A stretch of 64,000 bases of DNA from Candidatus Bathyarchaeia archaeon (GTDB lineage Archaea; Thermoproteota; Bathyarchaeia; Bathyarchaeales; DTEX01). The translations under genes were made by a program, and so were the position numbers. Below are positions 1 through 9,264 of this stretch, one piece after another; position 1 is the stretch's first letter, and each line of letters begins with the position of its first letter. The DNA lies in assembly GCA_038882715.1 (NCBI GenBank), contig JAVZNR010000004.1, positions 46,809-110,808 of the forward strand, written 5' to 3'. The notes beneath the pieces were generated by a model. That model saw nothing but the letters and a program-made list of their open reading frames with translations. It did no database searches and was not told where the DNA came from.

Positions 1-1
1 A

Positions 2-2116
2 GAGCACTGCTCATGGGCTCATCCGAGCCATCCTAAAGAGGCCACCGAGAAGGCTAAAGAATTAGTTAAAATGGCTGTTGCAAAGGCTAGGCTTCTTCAA
101 CCCTTAGAGCCAATAAAAGTTCCAGTGACTCCAACAGCCTTAGTGATAGGCGGAGGAATAGCTGGCATAAACGCGGCCCTAGATTTAGCGGAAATGGGGT
201 TCAAGGTTTACCTCCTTGAGAAGAAGGAGAGTATAGGCGGACATATGGCCCAGCTGGACAAGACGTTCCCAACGCTTGACTGCTCCATCTGTATTGAAGG
301 GCCAAAGATGGTCGATGTCGCTCGCCACCCGAATATTGAGGTAATTTCTTTTGCTGACCTGGTGAAGGTTGAGGGTTATATCGGCAACTTTAGGGTCATT
401 ATTAGAAAGAATCCACGCTATGTCCTAGAGGATAAATGCACTGGCTGCGGTGAATGCTCAGCGGTATGCCCAATAGAGTATCCTAATGACTGGGATATGA
501 ACTTAGGCGTCAGAAAAGCCATATCCGTACCATTCCCGCAAGCTGTCCCATTAATTTATAGGATAAACCGAGACTACTGCATCGAATGCTATAAGTGTGT
601 TGATGCATGTGGACCACGCCAAGCAATAAACTTTGATCAGAAGCCTGAAGAAATAGAGCTTAAGGTTGGCACAATAATCGTTGCGACGGGATACGATATT
701 TATTTGCCGGAAGAAGGTAACCTTTATGGTTATGGTAAATACGCTAATGTTATAACCAGCTTAGAGTTTGAGAGACTAATACTCGCCGCTGGGCCTACAG
801 GCGGACACGTTGTGAGGGCGTCTGATGGAAAAAGGCCTAGCGTCGTCGCATTTATTCAATGTGTTGGCTCAAGAGACGTCAATAAGTATCCCTACTGTTC
901 AAACTTCTGTTGCATGTACACACTTAAACACACGATTCAGCTCAAGGAGCATTATGGTGACGACGTAGAGGTTTACGTATTCTATATGGATATGCGTAGC
1001 CACTTTAAAGGATACGAAGAATTCTATCAAAGGGCTAGAGAGATGGGTGTTAACTTTATTAGGGGCAGAGTTTCGAAGATAGTGGAAGACCCGAAGACGA
1101 AGAACCTCATAATACACGCGGAGGATACGTTACTCGGGGAGCCGATAGAGCTGGAAGCTGAAATGGTTGTTCTCGCAACCGCAGCGATACCAAGCGGGGG
1201 GTCAGATGAACTCGCCCGGCTCTTAAATGTATCAAGGGGGGCAGACGGCTTCTTTCTGGAAAGCCATCCAAAACTCAAGCCGCTAGACACCGCTGTTGAT
1301 GGGATATTTCTGGCTGGAGCATGCCAAGGACCGAAAGACATCCCATATAGCGTTGCTCAGGGATGCGGTGCGGCGGCTAGAGCTGCAACAATATTATCTA
1401 AGCCTTCGGTTACAATAGACCCGATAATAGCCGTTATAGACCCTGAGAAATGTAGGAACACTAAGGTTAAGTGTGGCATATGTGCAATGAAGTGCCCCTA
1501 TGGCGCCATAAAAGCTGAGCTAGGACGGCCAGCTGAAGTCACACCGGCCATGTGCCATGGATGTGGAACATGCGTCGCCGAGTGTCCAGCTGACGCAATA
1601 ACTCAGATGCACTTTACGGATGCACAGATACTTGCGCAGATAGATGCTGCCCTAGAAAATAATCCCGAAGACAAGATTCTTGGAATTTGTTGCAACTGGT
1701 GCGCTTATGCTGGTGCAGACCTCGCTGGAACAAGCCGCTTCGAGTATCATCCAAATATCAGAATCGTTAGAGTCATGTGTTCTGGGCGCGTTGACAGAGA
1801 CTTCATACTATATGCCTTTAGAAAAGGCGCTGGAATGGTTCTCATAGGCGCCTGCCACCCCTATGACTGCCATTACATTGATGGAAATTTAAAGATGAGG
1901 GTTAGAATGGATGCTTTGGCTAAAGCTTTAGAAAAACTTGGCTTAACGCCCGATAGGTTCAGGGTTGAATACGTGTCTGCAGCAGAGGGCGTAAAATTTG
2001 CACAGATAGTTCGAGAGATGGCGACCAAGCTTAAAGAGATTGGCCGCGATAGGATAATTCAAGAAAACGAGAAACTGCGTCCACATCTAGAGCGCATGCT
2101 GGGCAGGAAAAGATAG
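2..2116 (+). CDS. hdrA: heterodisulfide reductase subunit A (HdrA) fused to a C-terminal MvhD-like domain; 5' end lies outside the window
   Basis: The frame of ORF 71..2116 stays open back to base 2 (EHCSWAHPSHPKEATEKAKELVKMAVAKARLL, a conserved HdrA N-domain/linker motif). GGGIAG FAD fold, TLDCSICI motif and four CxxCxxCxxxCP ferredoxin motifs are present. The C-terminal CNWCAYAGADLAG...RVMCSGRVD...GACHPYDCHY matches the MvhD signature. Confidence 0.85.
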   Translation, partial: EHCSWAHPSHPKEATEKAKELVKMAVAKARLLQPLEPIKVPVTPTALVIGGGIAGINAALDLAEMGFKVYLLEKKESIGGHMAQLDKTFPTLDCSICIEGPKMVDVARHPNIEVISFADLVKVEGYIGNFRVIIRKNPRYVLEDKCTGCGECSAVCPIEYPNDWDMNLGVRKAISVPFPQAVPLIYRINRDYCIECYKCVDACGPRQAINFDQKPEEIELKVGTIIVATGYDIYLPEEGNLYGYGKYANVITSLEFERLILAAGPTGGHVVRASDGKRPSVVAFIQCVGSRDVNKYPYCSNFCCMYTLKHTIQLKEHYGDDVEVYVFYMDMRSHFKGYEEFYQRAREMGVNFIRGRVSKIVEDPKTKNLIIHAEDTLLGEPIELEAEMVVLATAAIPSGGSDELARLLNVSRGADGFFLESHPKLKPLDTAVDGIFLAGACQGPKDIPYSVAQGCGAAARAATILSKPSVTIDPIIAVIDPEKCRNTKVKCGICAMKCPYGAIKAELGRPAEVTPAMCHGCGTCVAECPADAITQMHFTDAQILAQIDAALENNPEDKILGICCNWCAYAGADLAGTSRFEYHPNIRIVRVMCSGRVDRDFILYAFRKGAGMVLIGACHPYDCHYIDGNLKMRVRMDALAKALEKLGLTPDRFRVEYVSAAEGVKFAQIVREMATKLKEIGRDRIIQENEKLRPHLERMLGRKR

Positions 2117-2160
2117 ATTCGTTGATGCTTTTGTATCCGCCCATCTTCAATTATTTTATT

Positions 2161-3498
2161 CTATTTAATTTTAGGGCAATCTTTATAGAGCAGGAGAACA
2201 GAATCGTTCTCAAAAGCTGGTCTGAGAGTTCGCCATCCGCCCCCTTCTAAAGTGCCATCTAGAATTGAGCTACCTAGGATCGGATGCATCCACTCTACTC
2301 TCAACCTTCCGCACGCTTCCCGCAGATCCACTTTAATTTCAACGTTAAATGGAGAGTAAATAATGTATGCTTTGCCAGGATCTGCTAAACAATACCCTGT
2401 TGACGCTAACTCTGGTAGCGGAAGCATATCTGCTAGATTAAAGCGAGATGCAAGTTTAACAGTGTTTCCCATAGCTCTGCGTATCTCTTCAGCGTACGGT
2501 ATATCTTCTGCCGGTGATAACCCCGCCCATGTTATTGTTTGATGAGACAAGGCAATTATCCTATCCATGAAGAGGACATTATGTCCGCGTGTAAAGCTCC
2601 TCCAAACCCACTGAGGATTACCTCCCTCACCCCACAGATGATCCGTGTCATTAAGGATAACTTTTGATCCGTCGTTCACCGGAGGATTATCTCGATAACC
2701 TCCCTCTGGATTCGGAGAGACCCAATCCGCTGGACTATTAAGGAGGTCGGCATTACTACCGCTATGTTTGTTACCGCCATACTGGAAGGTCATCCCAACC
2801 GGATGCTGCTTCAGCTTCTCTGCTTCATAAGATTTGATGAAATAGATAAGATAGTATTGCCACTCAGTTGAGTATTTACCTGCTTCATTGCAAACCTCGT
2901 AGAGTGCATTGTCAAACTCATTGACCGTGTCTATGACTTTGCGGACGTAGGCTTTCTGCAGTGCAAGCACTTCTTCATTTTTAAGAGTATAATAATCTAA
3001 TCGTCCACCATCTACACCATTTACATTATTCTCTGGGTGGAATGGATGAAATTCCCAGCCTTGAGCGGCAAATTGGGCGCAATGCCCCTCAAACAGCATA
3101 ATTGATACGTAGATCCCTCTCTCAGCAGCCAGCTCCACCCTCCTGCGGAGGCGCTCAAAATATGATTCGTCAAATTTATTCAGGTCGAACTTGGGTTTCT
3201 TGTCCAAAGCAAGTCCAGAACCTACACGTTTCCAAGGATGGGGCTGGCAGAACGAAAATGGTTTATCTAAAGTGTATCGCCATTTCGGCATCTCCCAGCG
3301 CCACAGTCGAATAAAGTTGTGTCCATACTTTTTAAGAAAGTCCAGGTACGCGGAGAAGTCAAATTCTAGCGGTGGATCACTTACACCCATATCCTGCAGA
3401 TTACACCATGTGTGTGAGCCTGCAAAATAAATGGCGCGTTCGCCGTCATCCGTGAAATACCGCGGGTTTCTTGGGTGAGGATAAATGGTGTATTTCAT
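2161..3498 (-). CDS. TIM-barrel glycoside hydrolase, clan GH-A like (GH5 / DUF4038-GH140-like); family not resolved
   Basis: 445-aa ORF with N-terminal RYFTDDGERAIYFAGSHTWCNLQD, a candidate acid/base Asn-Glu pair in YEVCNEAG, and aromatic-rich sequence typical of sugar-binding barrels. Confidence 0.5.
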   Translation of the reverse strand: MKYTIYPHPRNPRYFTDDGERAIYFAGSHTWCNLQDMGVSDPPLEFDFSAYLDFLKKYGHNFIRLWRWEMPKWRYTLDKPFSFCQPHPWKRVGSGLALDKKPKFDLNKFDESYFERLRRRVELAAERGIYVSIMLFEGHCAQFAAQGWEFHPFHPENNVNGVDGGRLDYYTLKNEEVLALQKAYVRKVIDTVNEFDNALYEVCNEAGKYSTEWQYYLIYFIKSYEAEKLKQHPVGMTFQYGGNKHSGSNADLLNSPADWVSPNPEGGYRDNPPVNDGSKVILNDTDHLWGEGGNPQWVWRSFTRGHNVLFMDRIIALSHQTITWAGLSPAEDIPYAEEIRRAMGNTVKLASRFNLADMLPLPELASTGYCLADPGKAYIIYSPFNVEIKVDLREACGRLRVEWMHPILGSSILDGTLEGGGWRTLRPAFENDSVLLLYKDCPKIK

Positions 3499-3537
3499 CT
3501 TAACCTTCCGATCGAAATGTCCTTTAATCTTATGTGT

Positions 3538-3855
3538 TTAGCCTTTCAACTTAAAGATTTTATGCAATTTAAGCGGCTCGCTTGCATAAACGAAAGGGAC
3601 ATATTTTATATCCATTAAGGGCAAAGGGTTGTTGGCGAAAAGGTCATTCGCCAAAGATTTGGACATTTCTTCTATCCAAAACAAAGGCGAGGCAGCATCT
3701 TTCAGCGAAACGCGCCAACCAGCAAGCAGGAGCTCTTCCTGAAATTGGGCTTTCTGCCTAATGGCTCTATTTTTCAGCCAGCTCCCGATGGTAAAAAATC
3801 GTGAGAGCAGATAAAAAGGGAGGAAAATGGAGAGTTTAGGGCCATCTTCTGTCAA
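3538..3855 (-). CDS. hypothetical protein (possibly not real)
   Basis: 105-aa ORF filling the 340-bp space between the DUF2148-like gene and the glycoside hydrolase, overlapping the upstream gene by 20 nt. No motif recognised. Confidence 0.25.
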   Translation of the reverse strand: MTEDGPKLSIFLPFYLLSRFFTIGSWLKNRAIRQKAQFQEELLLAGWRVSLKDAASPLFWIEEMSKSLANDLFANNPLPLMDIKYVPFVYASEPLKLHKIFKLKG

Positions 3856-4435
3856 AGTATATGTTCTTTCCTCTAGATGAGAGCGGTATCCCTATAATGA
3901 TTGTTGCTTCAGGAATTAGTTTCAGCTTCATGGCCGCTGCGCCTATATGATACATTATTCTGTTATCAATATTTAGGATACTGGCAATTTTAGCCGCCGA
4001 ACCGAGAGCTATCCCTAAATCCAATGCCTTAAATACGCATGTCGGGCCCATGAAATCCTGCCCCACTTTCTTCTGCTTCTCCTCAAACTCCCTGCAGTCT
4101 TTACTGCCGCATGCGCCGCAATTTAATCCAGGGCTTCTATCCCCTCTGACACCTATCAGAACGACGGCTTCAGAATTCTCTACGCTTATTGCATCGCGTT
4201 CAAATAGGCTGGCGCTTCTTTCCTTCGCCATTTCTCTCATTTTTTCAGCTATAGCATTTTTCTCAGCACCATAAACAATTAATGTTAGAACATCATCGAC
4301 CCCTCTAGTTTTAGGCGCCGTTCTCGCAGCAACCTGCATAAGTCTTGCAACATCGATTATTGCCTCTTTTTCTCCTTCTTTGCTCTTAATTATCGGGCTC
4401 ATTCCGGCAACACCAAACCCTAGTCTAAAAGACAT
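3836..4435 (-). CDS. DUF2148-type ferredoxin-domain protein
   Basis: AARTAPKTRG, cysteine cluster GLNCGACGSKDC, and GPTCVFKALDLGIALGSA. It lies 32 nt downstream of the radical-SAM gene on the same strand. Confidence 0.6.
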   Translation of the reverse strand: MSFRLGFGVAGMSPIIKSKEGEKEAIIDVARLMQVAARTAPKTRGVDDVLTLIVYGAEKNAIAEKMREMAKERSASLFERDAISVENSEAVVLIGVRGDRSPGLNCGACGSKDCREFEEKQKKVGQDFMGPTCVFKALDLGIALGSAAKIASILNIDNRIMYHIGAAAMKLKLIPEATIIIGIPLSSRGKNIYFDRRWP

Positions 4436-4467
4436 TAAAAATAAATTTTATTTTTATTTCTAAGAGA

Positions 4468-5547
4468 TTAAAGTGTTAAGGCGATCTCTCTCTGTATGGC
4501 TATGATGTCTTTTACGTCGGGGTCTTTCGGATAATTATATATTGGGCCCCTTGGGTCCTCATTATAATAGGGTCTGTTGCAGCCCGGGCATCCGCTGGTC
4601 TTAAATGGCTCACCGGTTAAAATTATCTTCTTTAAATCTTCGTAGGGCACTCCGAAGCTGATCAGCCGTCCATCTTTGAAAACCATGTCCTCGTAACGTT
4701 TTATTCCACGCGTTATAAGGTAATGCGCTATCTGAACCCTGCGGTAGTAGGTTATGGGCGGCCTCGGATAGTTAGCCATCCTCGTACCTTGTACAGGCGT
4801 GAATGCGAAGAGGGCTGGAAAAATCCCCTGATCTACACACCTTTGTATCATGGAGATAAACTCTTCTTCGCTCTCGCCTAAACCAGCTATGAGATGCGTT
4901 GTAACTCTTCCTCTTCCAAAAACCTTAATGGCATCTTTAAGTGCGCTGAGATGATGGTTCCATCTGTATGGGCCACCAGCTAACTCGCCCTTAACTCTGG
5001 AAAAAATTTCTTCCGTTACAGCGTCCAACGATATACTAATTCTTTCGACGCCAACCCTAGACAACCTGATCATATCTTCAACTGTAAGCGGCTGGCATGA
5101 AATGGATATCGGAACTTTACAGGAAGACCTTATTTTAGAGACTAACTGCTCTAGGTCGCGCTGAACGCCATAATAATTAAGCGCCTGGATGCAAACTCTC
5201 TTTATCTTCTCATTTTCCACAGATTTTTTAATACCGTTTATAACATCATCAACCTTAAAATCCGGCCATATAACCCTCGACAACATGTCCGCTCTTGACG
5301 TGCTGTCTTTGGCTTGCGGACAGAAGGCGCAGTTAGCTGAGCAGCGCCCCTCCCTATACGTAAGCAGGTATACCGTTGTAGGCTCAGCGCTAACAACGCC
5401 CTTCACTAAGCCTAAAACTATTGCTGAGCCCACCGAGACCCTAACCCTCTCCACCCCTTTCAACGCAGCCATCCCGCCATAATATTTTAGTTTAATCATG
5501 TCTCTCCTTTTATACCCTTTTTTGTCCAGAAGAATCCTAGTGCGCAT
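4468..5547 (-). CDS. radical SAM protein, BioB-like fold
   Basis: CSANCAFC (CxxxCxxC) SAM-cluster motif, GLGESEEE, FTPVQGTRM and a C-terminal CPGC pair. It is a paralogue of ORF 8250..9233. Confidence 0.8.
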   Translation of the reverse strand: MRTRILLDKKGYKRRDMIKLKYYGGMAALKGVERVRVSVGSAIVLGLVKGVVSAEPTTVYLLTYREGRCSANCAFCPQAKDSTSRADMLSRVIWPDFKVDDVINGIKKSVENEKIKRVCIQALNYYGVQRDLEQLVSKIRSSCKVPISISCQPLTVEDMIRLSRVGVERISISLDAVTEEIFSRVKGELAGGPYRWNHHLSALKDAIKVFGRGRVTTHLIAGLGESEEEFISMIQRCVDQGIFPALFAFTPVQGTRMANYPRPPITYYRRVQIAHYLITRGIKRYEDMVFKDGRLISFGVPYEDLKKIILTGEPFKTSGCPGCNRPYYNEDPRGPIYNYPKDPDVKDIIAIQREIALTL

Positions 5548-5700
5548 ATACGATCGATTCGCTGAGGATTCAGGGCAGATTCTTATAGGTGCTCTTACGC
5601 ATTTTTGTTTTAACCCTATTATGCCCGGATGAAGTCATCTTGATATTGGGGAAGCATTTAAATTCTCTGTTTGCTCTGCAAATAGTGAAAAACCAAAAAT

Positions 5701-6591
5701 GTGGAGGCATGTGGTTTGCATATAGTTTTTTCAGAAAAGTGTTTGGAGTATTTTGAGCCTGGTCACCCAGAGTCCCCGGACAGAATTTTTAACACGTATG
5801 TCCTGCTCAAGAAAGAAGGATTTAAATTTATTGAAGCTGAGCCATGTCGCGAGGACGATCTCTTAATGGTTCATAGTAGGGAGCATGTCGAAAGAATTAA
5901 AAGCGGACGCTTCTACGATCCGGACACCCCGAATCTTCCGGGAATATATGATTATGCGAGGCTCGCCGTCGGAGCAGCTATAAAAAGCATGGAGATTTCC
6001 TTAGAAGGGGGAAAAGCATTCTCTTTGATGAGGCCTCCGGGCCACCATGCTGGTGTTAATGGCAGAGCTCTTGGGGCTCCAACTTTAGGATTTTGCTATT
6101 TTAATAATATTGCGGTTACATGCAGAAAAGCCTTAAAGATGGAAAGGGTTAATAAGATTGCGATACTGGATATAGATTGCCATCATGGCAACGGGACTCA
6201 AGAGATATTTTTCAGGGATCCGCATGTATTATTTGTCTCCCTCCATAGGTATGGTGGGGTTTATCCTGGAACCGGAGAAAGATCCATAGAGAACTGCCTC
6301 AACTACCCGTTTCTCCACGCTATTAACGATGAAGAATATATTAACGTCTTAAGCGTCGCTTTAGGCGAAATCAAAAAATTTGATCCGGATCTGATAGCCG
6401 TCTCAGCGGGGTTCGATACGCATAAGCACGACCCTATTTGCGGTCTAGGATTAAGCACTCAATCATACATTATGATAGGGCGCATGATTGCGAAATTAAA
6501 TAGAAGAGTTTTCGCGGTTCTTGAAGGCGGCTATGGGAGAGAATTCCCACAATGCGTACTCAACTTCCTCAGAGGTCTCGAAGAAGGATGA
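5701..6591 (+). CDS. histone deacetylase / acetoin-utilisation (AcuC) / acetylpolyamine amidohydrolase family deacetylase
   Basis: RPPGHHA, DIDCHHGNGTQEIF, SAGFDTH and LEGGY motifs, which are the Zn ligands and catalytic His pair of the arginase/deacetylase fold. GTG start. Confidence 0.85.
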   Translation: MEACGLHIVFSEKCLEYFEPGHPESPDRIFNTYVLLKKEGFKFIEAEPCREDDLLMVHSREHVERIKSGRFYDPDTPNLPGIYDYARLAVGAAIKSMEISLEGGKAFSLMRPPGHHAGVNGRALGAPTLGFCYFNNIAVTCRKALKMERVNKIAILDIDCHHGNGTQEIFFRDPHVLFVSLHRYGGVYPGTGERSIENCLNYPFLHAINDEEYINVLSVALGEIKKFDPDLIAVSAGFDTHKHDPICGLGLSTQSYIMIGRMIAKLNRRVFAVLEGGYGREFPQCVLNFLRGLEEG

Positions 6592-6655
6592 TTTTCTCCC
6601 CCGTTTATATTTTTGTCTCGCAATTTAAATTGCTATTGTCTGGAGGAAAAACGCT

Positions 6656-7606
6656 ATGATTGATGGGCTCGAGGTCATTAAGGATTATACGCTTCATGAA
6701 GACATGAGCGTTAGTGAACTTGTTGAGCAGATGAAGGGCGCTTGGGGATTTACCGCAGAGAAGATCGTTAGAGGCGTGGAAATAATGAAGAGAATGATCG
6801 CTGATAAGAGATGCGTAAAGTTTCTCTCTTTTCCAGCGTGCATTGTAGCTACTGGGACTAGAGGGGTTATAAAAGAAATGGTTAAGCGCCGCCTAATAGA
6901 TGTAATTGTGACGACATGCGGGACCCTAGATCACGACTTGGCTAGATGCTGGAAAAATTATTATCGTGGATCATTTGATCTAGACGACAGGAAACTTCAT
7001 AGAAAAGGCGTAAACCGGCTCGGAAATATATTAATTCCAAATGAAAGCTACGGCTTAATCATCGAGGAAAAAATGCGCATACTCTTATCGACTCTCTGGA
7101 ACGAGGGTGTGAGAGAGATTTCAACCCGTGAGCTGAATAGGGAGATAGGCTTAAGACTTTGTAATGAGGATTCGCTGCTCTACTGGGCCGCAAAAAATAA
7201 TATACCCGTTTATGTTCCAGGCATAACTGACGGGGCTATTGGCTATCAAGTATGGTTATTCTCGCAGGACCACAAGTTTAAGATAGATGTTCTCAGAGAT
7301 GAGCAAGAGATAAACGACCTTGTGTTTAGCGCTGAACGCACCGGGGCTCTGATAATCGGCGGCGGCATCTCAAAACACCATGTTATATGGTGGAACCAGT
7401 TTAAGGGCGGCTTAGACTATGCGGTTTACATAACGACGGCTGTTGAGTGGGATGGTAGTCTCTCAGGAGCAAGAGTCCGCGAAGCAATTTCATGGGGGAA
7501 AGTTAAGGAAACGGCGAAACATGTAACTATTGAAGGAGACGCGACAGTAGTGCTTCCGCTTATGATAACAGCGTTAATATCCGAGTTTTCAAAAAGAAAG
7601 GGATAA
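6656..7606 (+). CDS. dys: deoxyhypusine synthase
   Basis: 316 aa with TCGTLDHD, ITDGAIG, IIGGGISKHH and SWGK motifs characteristic of DHS. Confidence 0.9.
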   Translation: MIDGLEVIKDYTLHEDMSVSELVEQMKGAWGFTAEKIVRGVEIMKRMIADKRCVKFLSFPACIVATGTRGVIKEMVKRRLIDVIVTTCGTLDHDLARCWKNYYRGSFDLDDRKLHRKGVNRLGNILIPNESYGLIIEEKMRILLSTLWNEGVREISTRELNREIGLRLCNEDSLLYWAAKNNIPVYVPGITDGAIGYQVWLFSQDHKFKIDVLRDEQEINDLVFSAERTGALIIGGGISKHHVIWWNQFKGGLDYAVYITTAVEWDGSLSGARVREAISWGKVKETAKHVTIEGDATVVLPLMITALISEFSKRKG

Positions 7607-7614
7607 GTCATTAG

Positions 7615-8136
7615 CTAGGATATTCCCAGCCGTCTCTTTACACCCTCATCCGACAATAATATTTCAACAACCCACTTAGCCACCTTGCCAGAAACATCTG
7701 TACACTTATCCCTATGACCGCCCATTTCCTCAAACTTCTTATAGTCTTCTGGATCCCAGAGGTTAAACGATCTTCCAAAGATCTTAGTTTGAACATCTTT
7801 ACAAATACAGCTGCCAAACTCGTTCACAAACCTATCGTACAGCTCCTTCGCCTTAACATGAGACTTCAGAAACCTGCCCTTACCCATGTCTTCCAAACCT
7901 CTTCCAAAGAAGAAGCAGAGCGCCATAACACCTCCAGAGAGAGCGCCGCAGGTTCCATTTCCGCTTAGCCCCAGGCCTCCGGCTAAAGCGTGTGCTGATT
8001 TAATCACTATTTCCATCCCCTCAACGTTAAAGGCCTCGTATATCGCTCTTAAGACTGCTTGAGGGCAGCTTCCATACTCAGCTTCATATCTAAATGCTAG
8101 TTTGTAGGCTTTCTCAGAATATCTCTCAGCCATCAT
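7615..8136 (-). CDS. C_GCAxxG_C_C family putative redox protein
   Basis: SCPQAV, GTCGALSGG, GSCICKD and DKCTD, the spaced Cys pattern of that family. Confidence 0.7.
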   Translation of the reverse strand: MMAERYSEKAYKLAFRYEAEYGSCPQAVLRAIYEAFNVEGMEIVIKSAHALAGGLGLSGNGTCGALSGGVMALCFFFGRGLEDMGKGRFLKSHVKAKELYDRFVNEFGSCICKDVQTKIFGRSFNLWDPEDYKKFEEMGGHRDKCTDVSGKVAKWVVEILLSDEGVKRRLGIS

Positions 8137-8249
8137 TTCAACCTCAACTTAAAATTTTAGATATCCTATAAAATAAATAAAATTTTAAGAATAAGCCATA
8201 GCTCGATGTCTCAGAGATAATCTTTGATATGAGGGAGCTGGAATAATCT

Positions 8250-9233
8250 TTGAGGAAATCGTCGATTAAGGAAAAAGTTGACGATCTCTGGAAGGGTATC
8301 CATGAAGCGAGGGAAATTAGCTGGCAAATATTTGGGAGAAAAATGTACTTTTATGTGCCGGGCTTCACGTATTATAGGTATTTTAAGTCTTCTCCGACGG
8401 CTTTTCCATCGATATCGATTACAGGCTCCTTCTGCTCTCTAAATTGTGATCATTGCGGCGGAAAAATTCTCAGAACTATGATATCGGCCACGACACCAAG
8501 CAGGTTGATAGAGGTCTGCTCTAGTCTGAAAAGGAACGGCGCGATAGGTTGCTTGATTAGCGGGGGCTGTTTGCCTAATGGCTCTGTCCCCATAGAAAGA
8601 TTTATCGACGCTATATCTGAAGTTAAGAGGAAACTAGGATTAACTATCGTGATGCATACCGGTCTGATAGACTTTGAAACCGCTAGAAGACTTAAGGAAG
8701 CTGGCGTAGATGCAGTATCAGTTGACATAATTGGCTCAGAGGAGACCGTTAGGGAAATATATCATCTCAATGCTTCGCTCGATAAGTACGCTGAAACTCT
8801 TAAAGCCTTAAAGCAGTCTGGAATACCGTTCACCCCGCATGTTCTTGTCGGGCTACATTACGGTGAAATACGGGGAGAGATCAAAGCCGTAGAAATGATT
8901 TCAAAGTATGAGCCATCAGCCTTAATCATAATAGTGTTCTTCCCGATCAGAGGAACGAGAATGGAGTCCGTTAGCCCACCATCGCCAGAAACAGTAGCAG
9001 AGATTATTTTGAGAGCCCGTTTCCTAATGCCTAACGTGCCAATCGCGCTTGGGTGTGCGAGACCTAAGGGGGCTCATAGATCCGTAACCGACGTATTAGC
9101 CATCGAATCCGGCGTTAACGCCATAGCTTTCCCAAGCATCGAAGCTATAGAGAGAGCGAAACTCTTAGGTCTAGAGACAAAGTTTTCTCAAACCTGCTGC
9201 TCCCAAATACACAGAGACGCTAGAGCGCCCTAA
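8250..9233 (+). CDS. radical SAM protein, BioB-like fold (paralogue of 4468..5547)
   Basis: ITGSFCSLNCDHC (CxxxCxxC), ISGGC, and FFPIRGTRM, which parallels FTPVQGTRM in the other gene. TTG start from the ORF track; start uncertain. Confidence 0.75.
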   Translation: MRKSSIKEKVDDLWKGIHEAREISWQIFGRKMYFYVPGFTYYRYFKSSPTAFPSISITGSFCSLNCDHCGGKILRTMISATTPSRLIEVCSSLKRNGAIGCLISGGCLPNGSVPIERFIDAISEVKRKLGLTIVMHTGLIDFETARRLKEAGVDAVSVDIIGSEETVREIYHLNASLDKYAETLKALKQSGIPFTPHVLVGLHYGEIRGEIKAVEMISKYEPSALIIIVFFPIRGTRMESVSPPSPETVAEIILRARFLMPNVPIALGCARPKGAHRSVTDVLAIESGVNAIAFPSIEAIERAKLLGLETKFSQTCCSQIHRDARAP

Positions 9234-9264
9234 ATTTTATGCTGTTATGCTGCTGGCAGCCGAG

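Noticed and set aside
8188-8200. 13-nt string AGAATAAGCCATA preceded by ATTTTAA, found in two divergent promoter regions (8188..8200 and 15595..15607).
   Set aside because: By rough estimate, several exact 13-mer coincidences are expected by chance in 64 kb of AT-leaning sequence. The two flanking gene sets have no obvious functional link. It may simply reflect TATA/BRE-like composition and would need a genome-wide motif count.
8217-8253. Direct repeat ATAATCTTTGA x2 (8217..8227 and 8243..8253) overlapping the predicted TTG start of the radical-SAM gene.
   Set aside because: The repeat is short, single-copy and AT-rich. It could reflect an operator or start-codon ambiguity, but nothing else supports a function.
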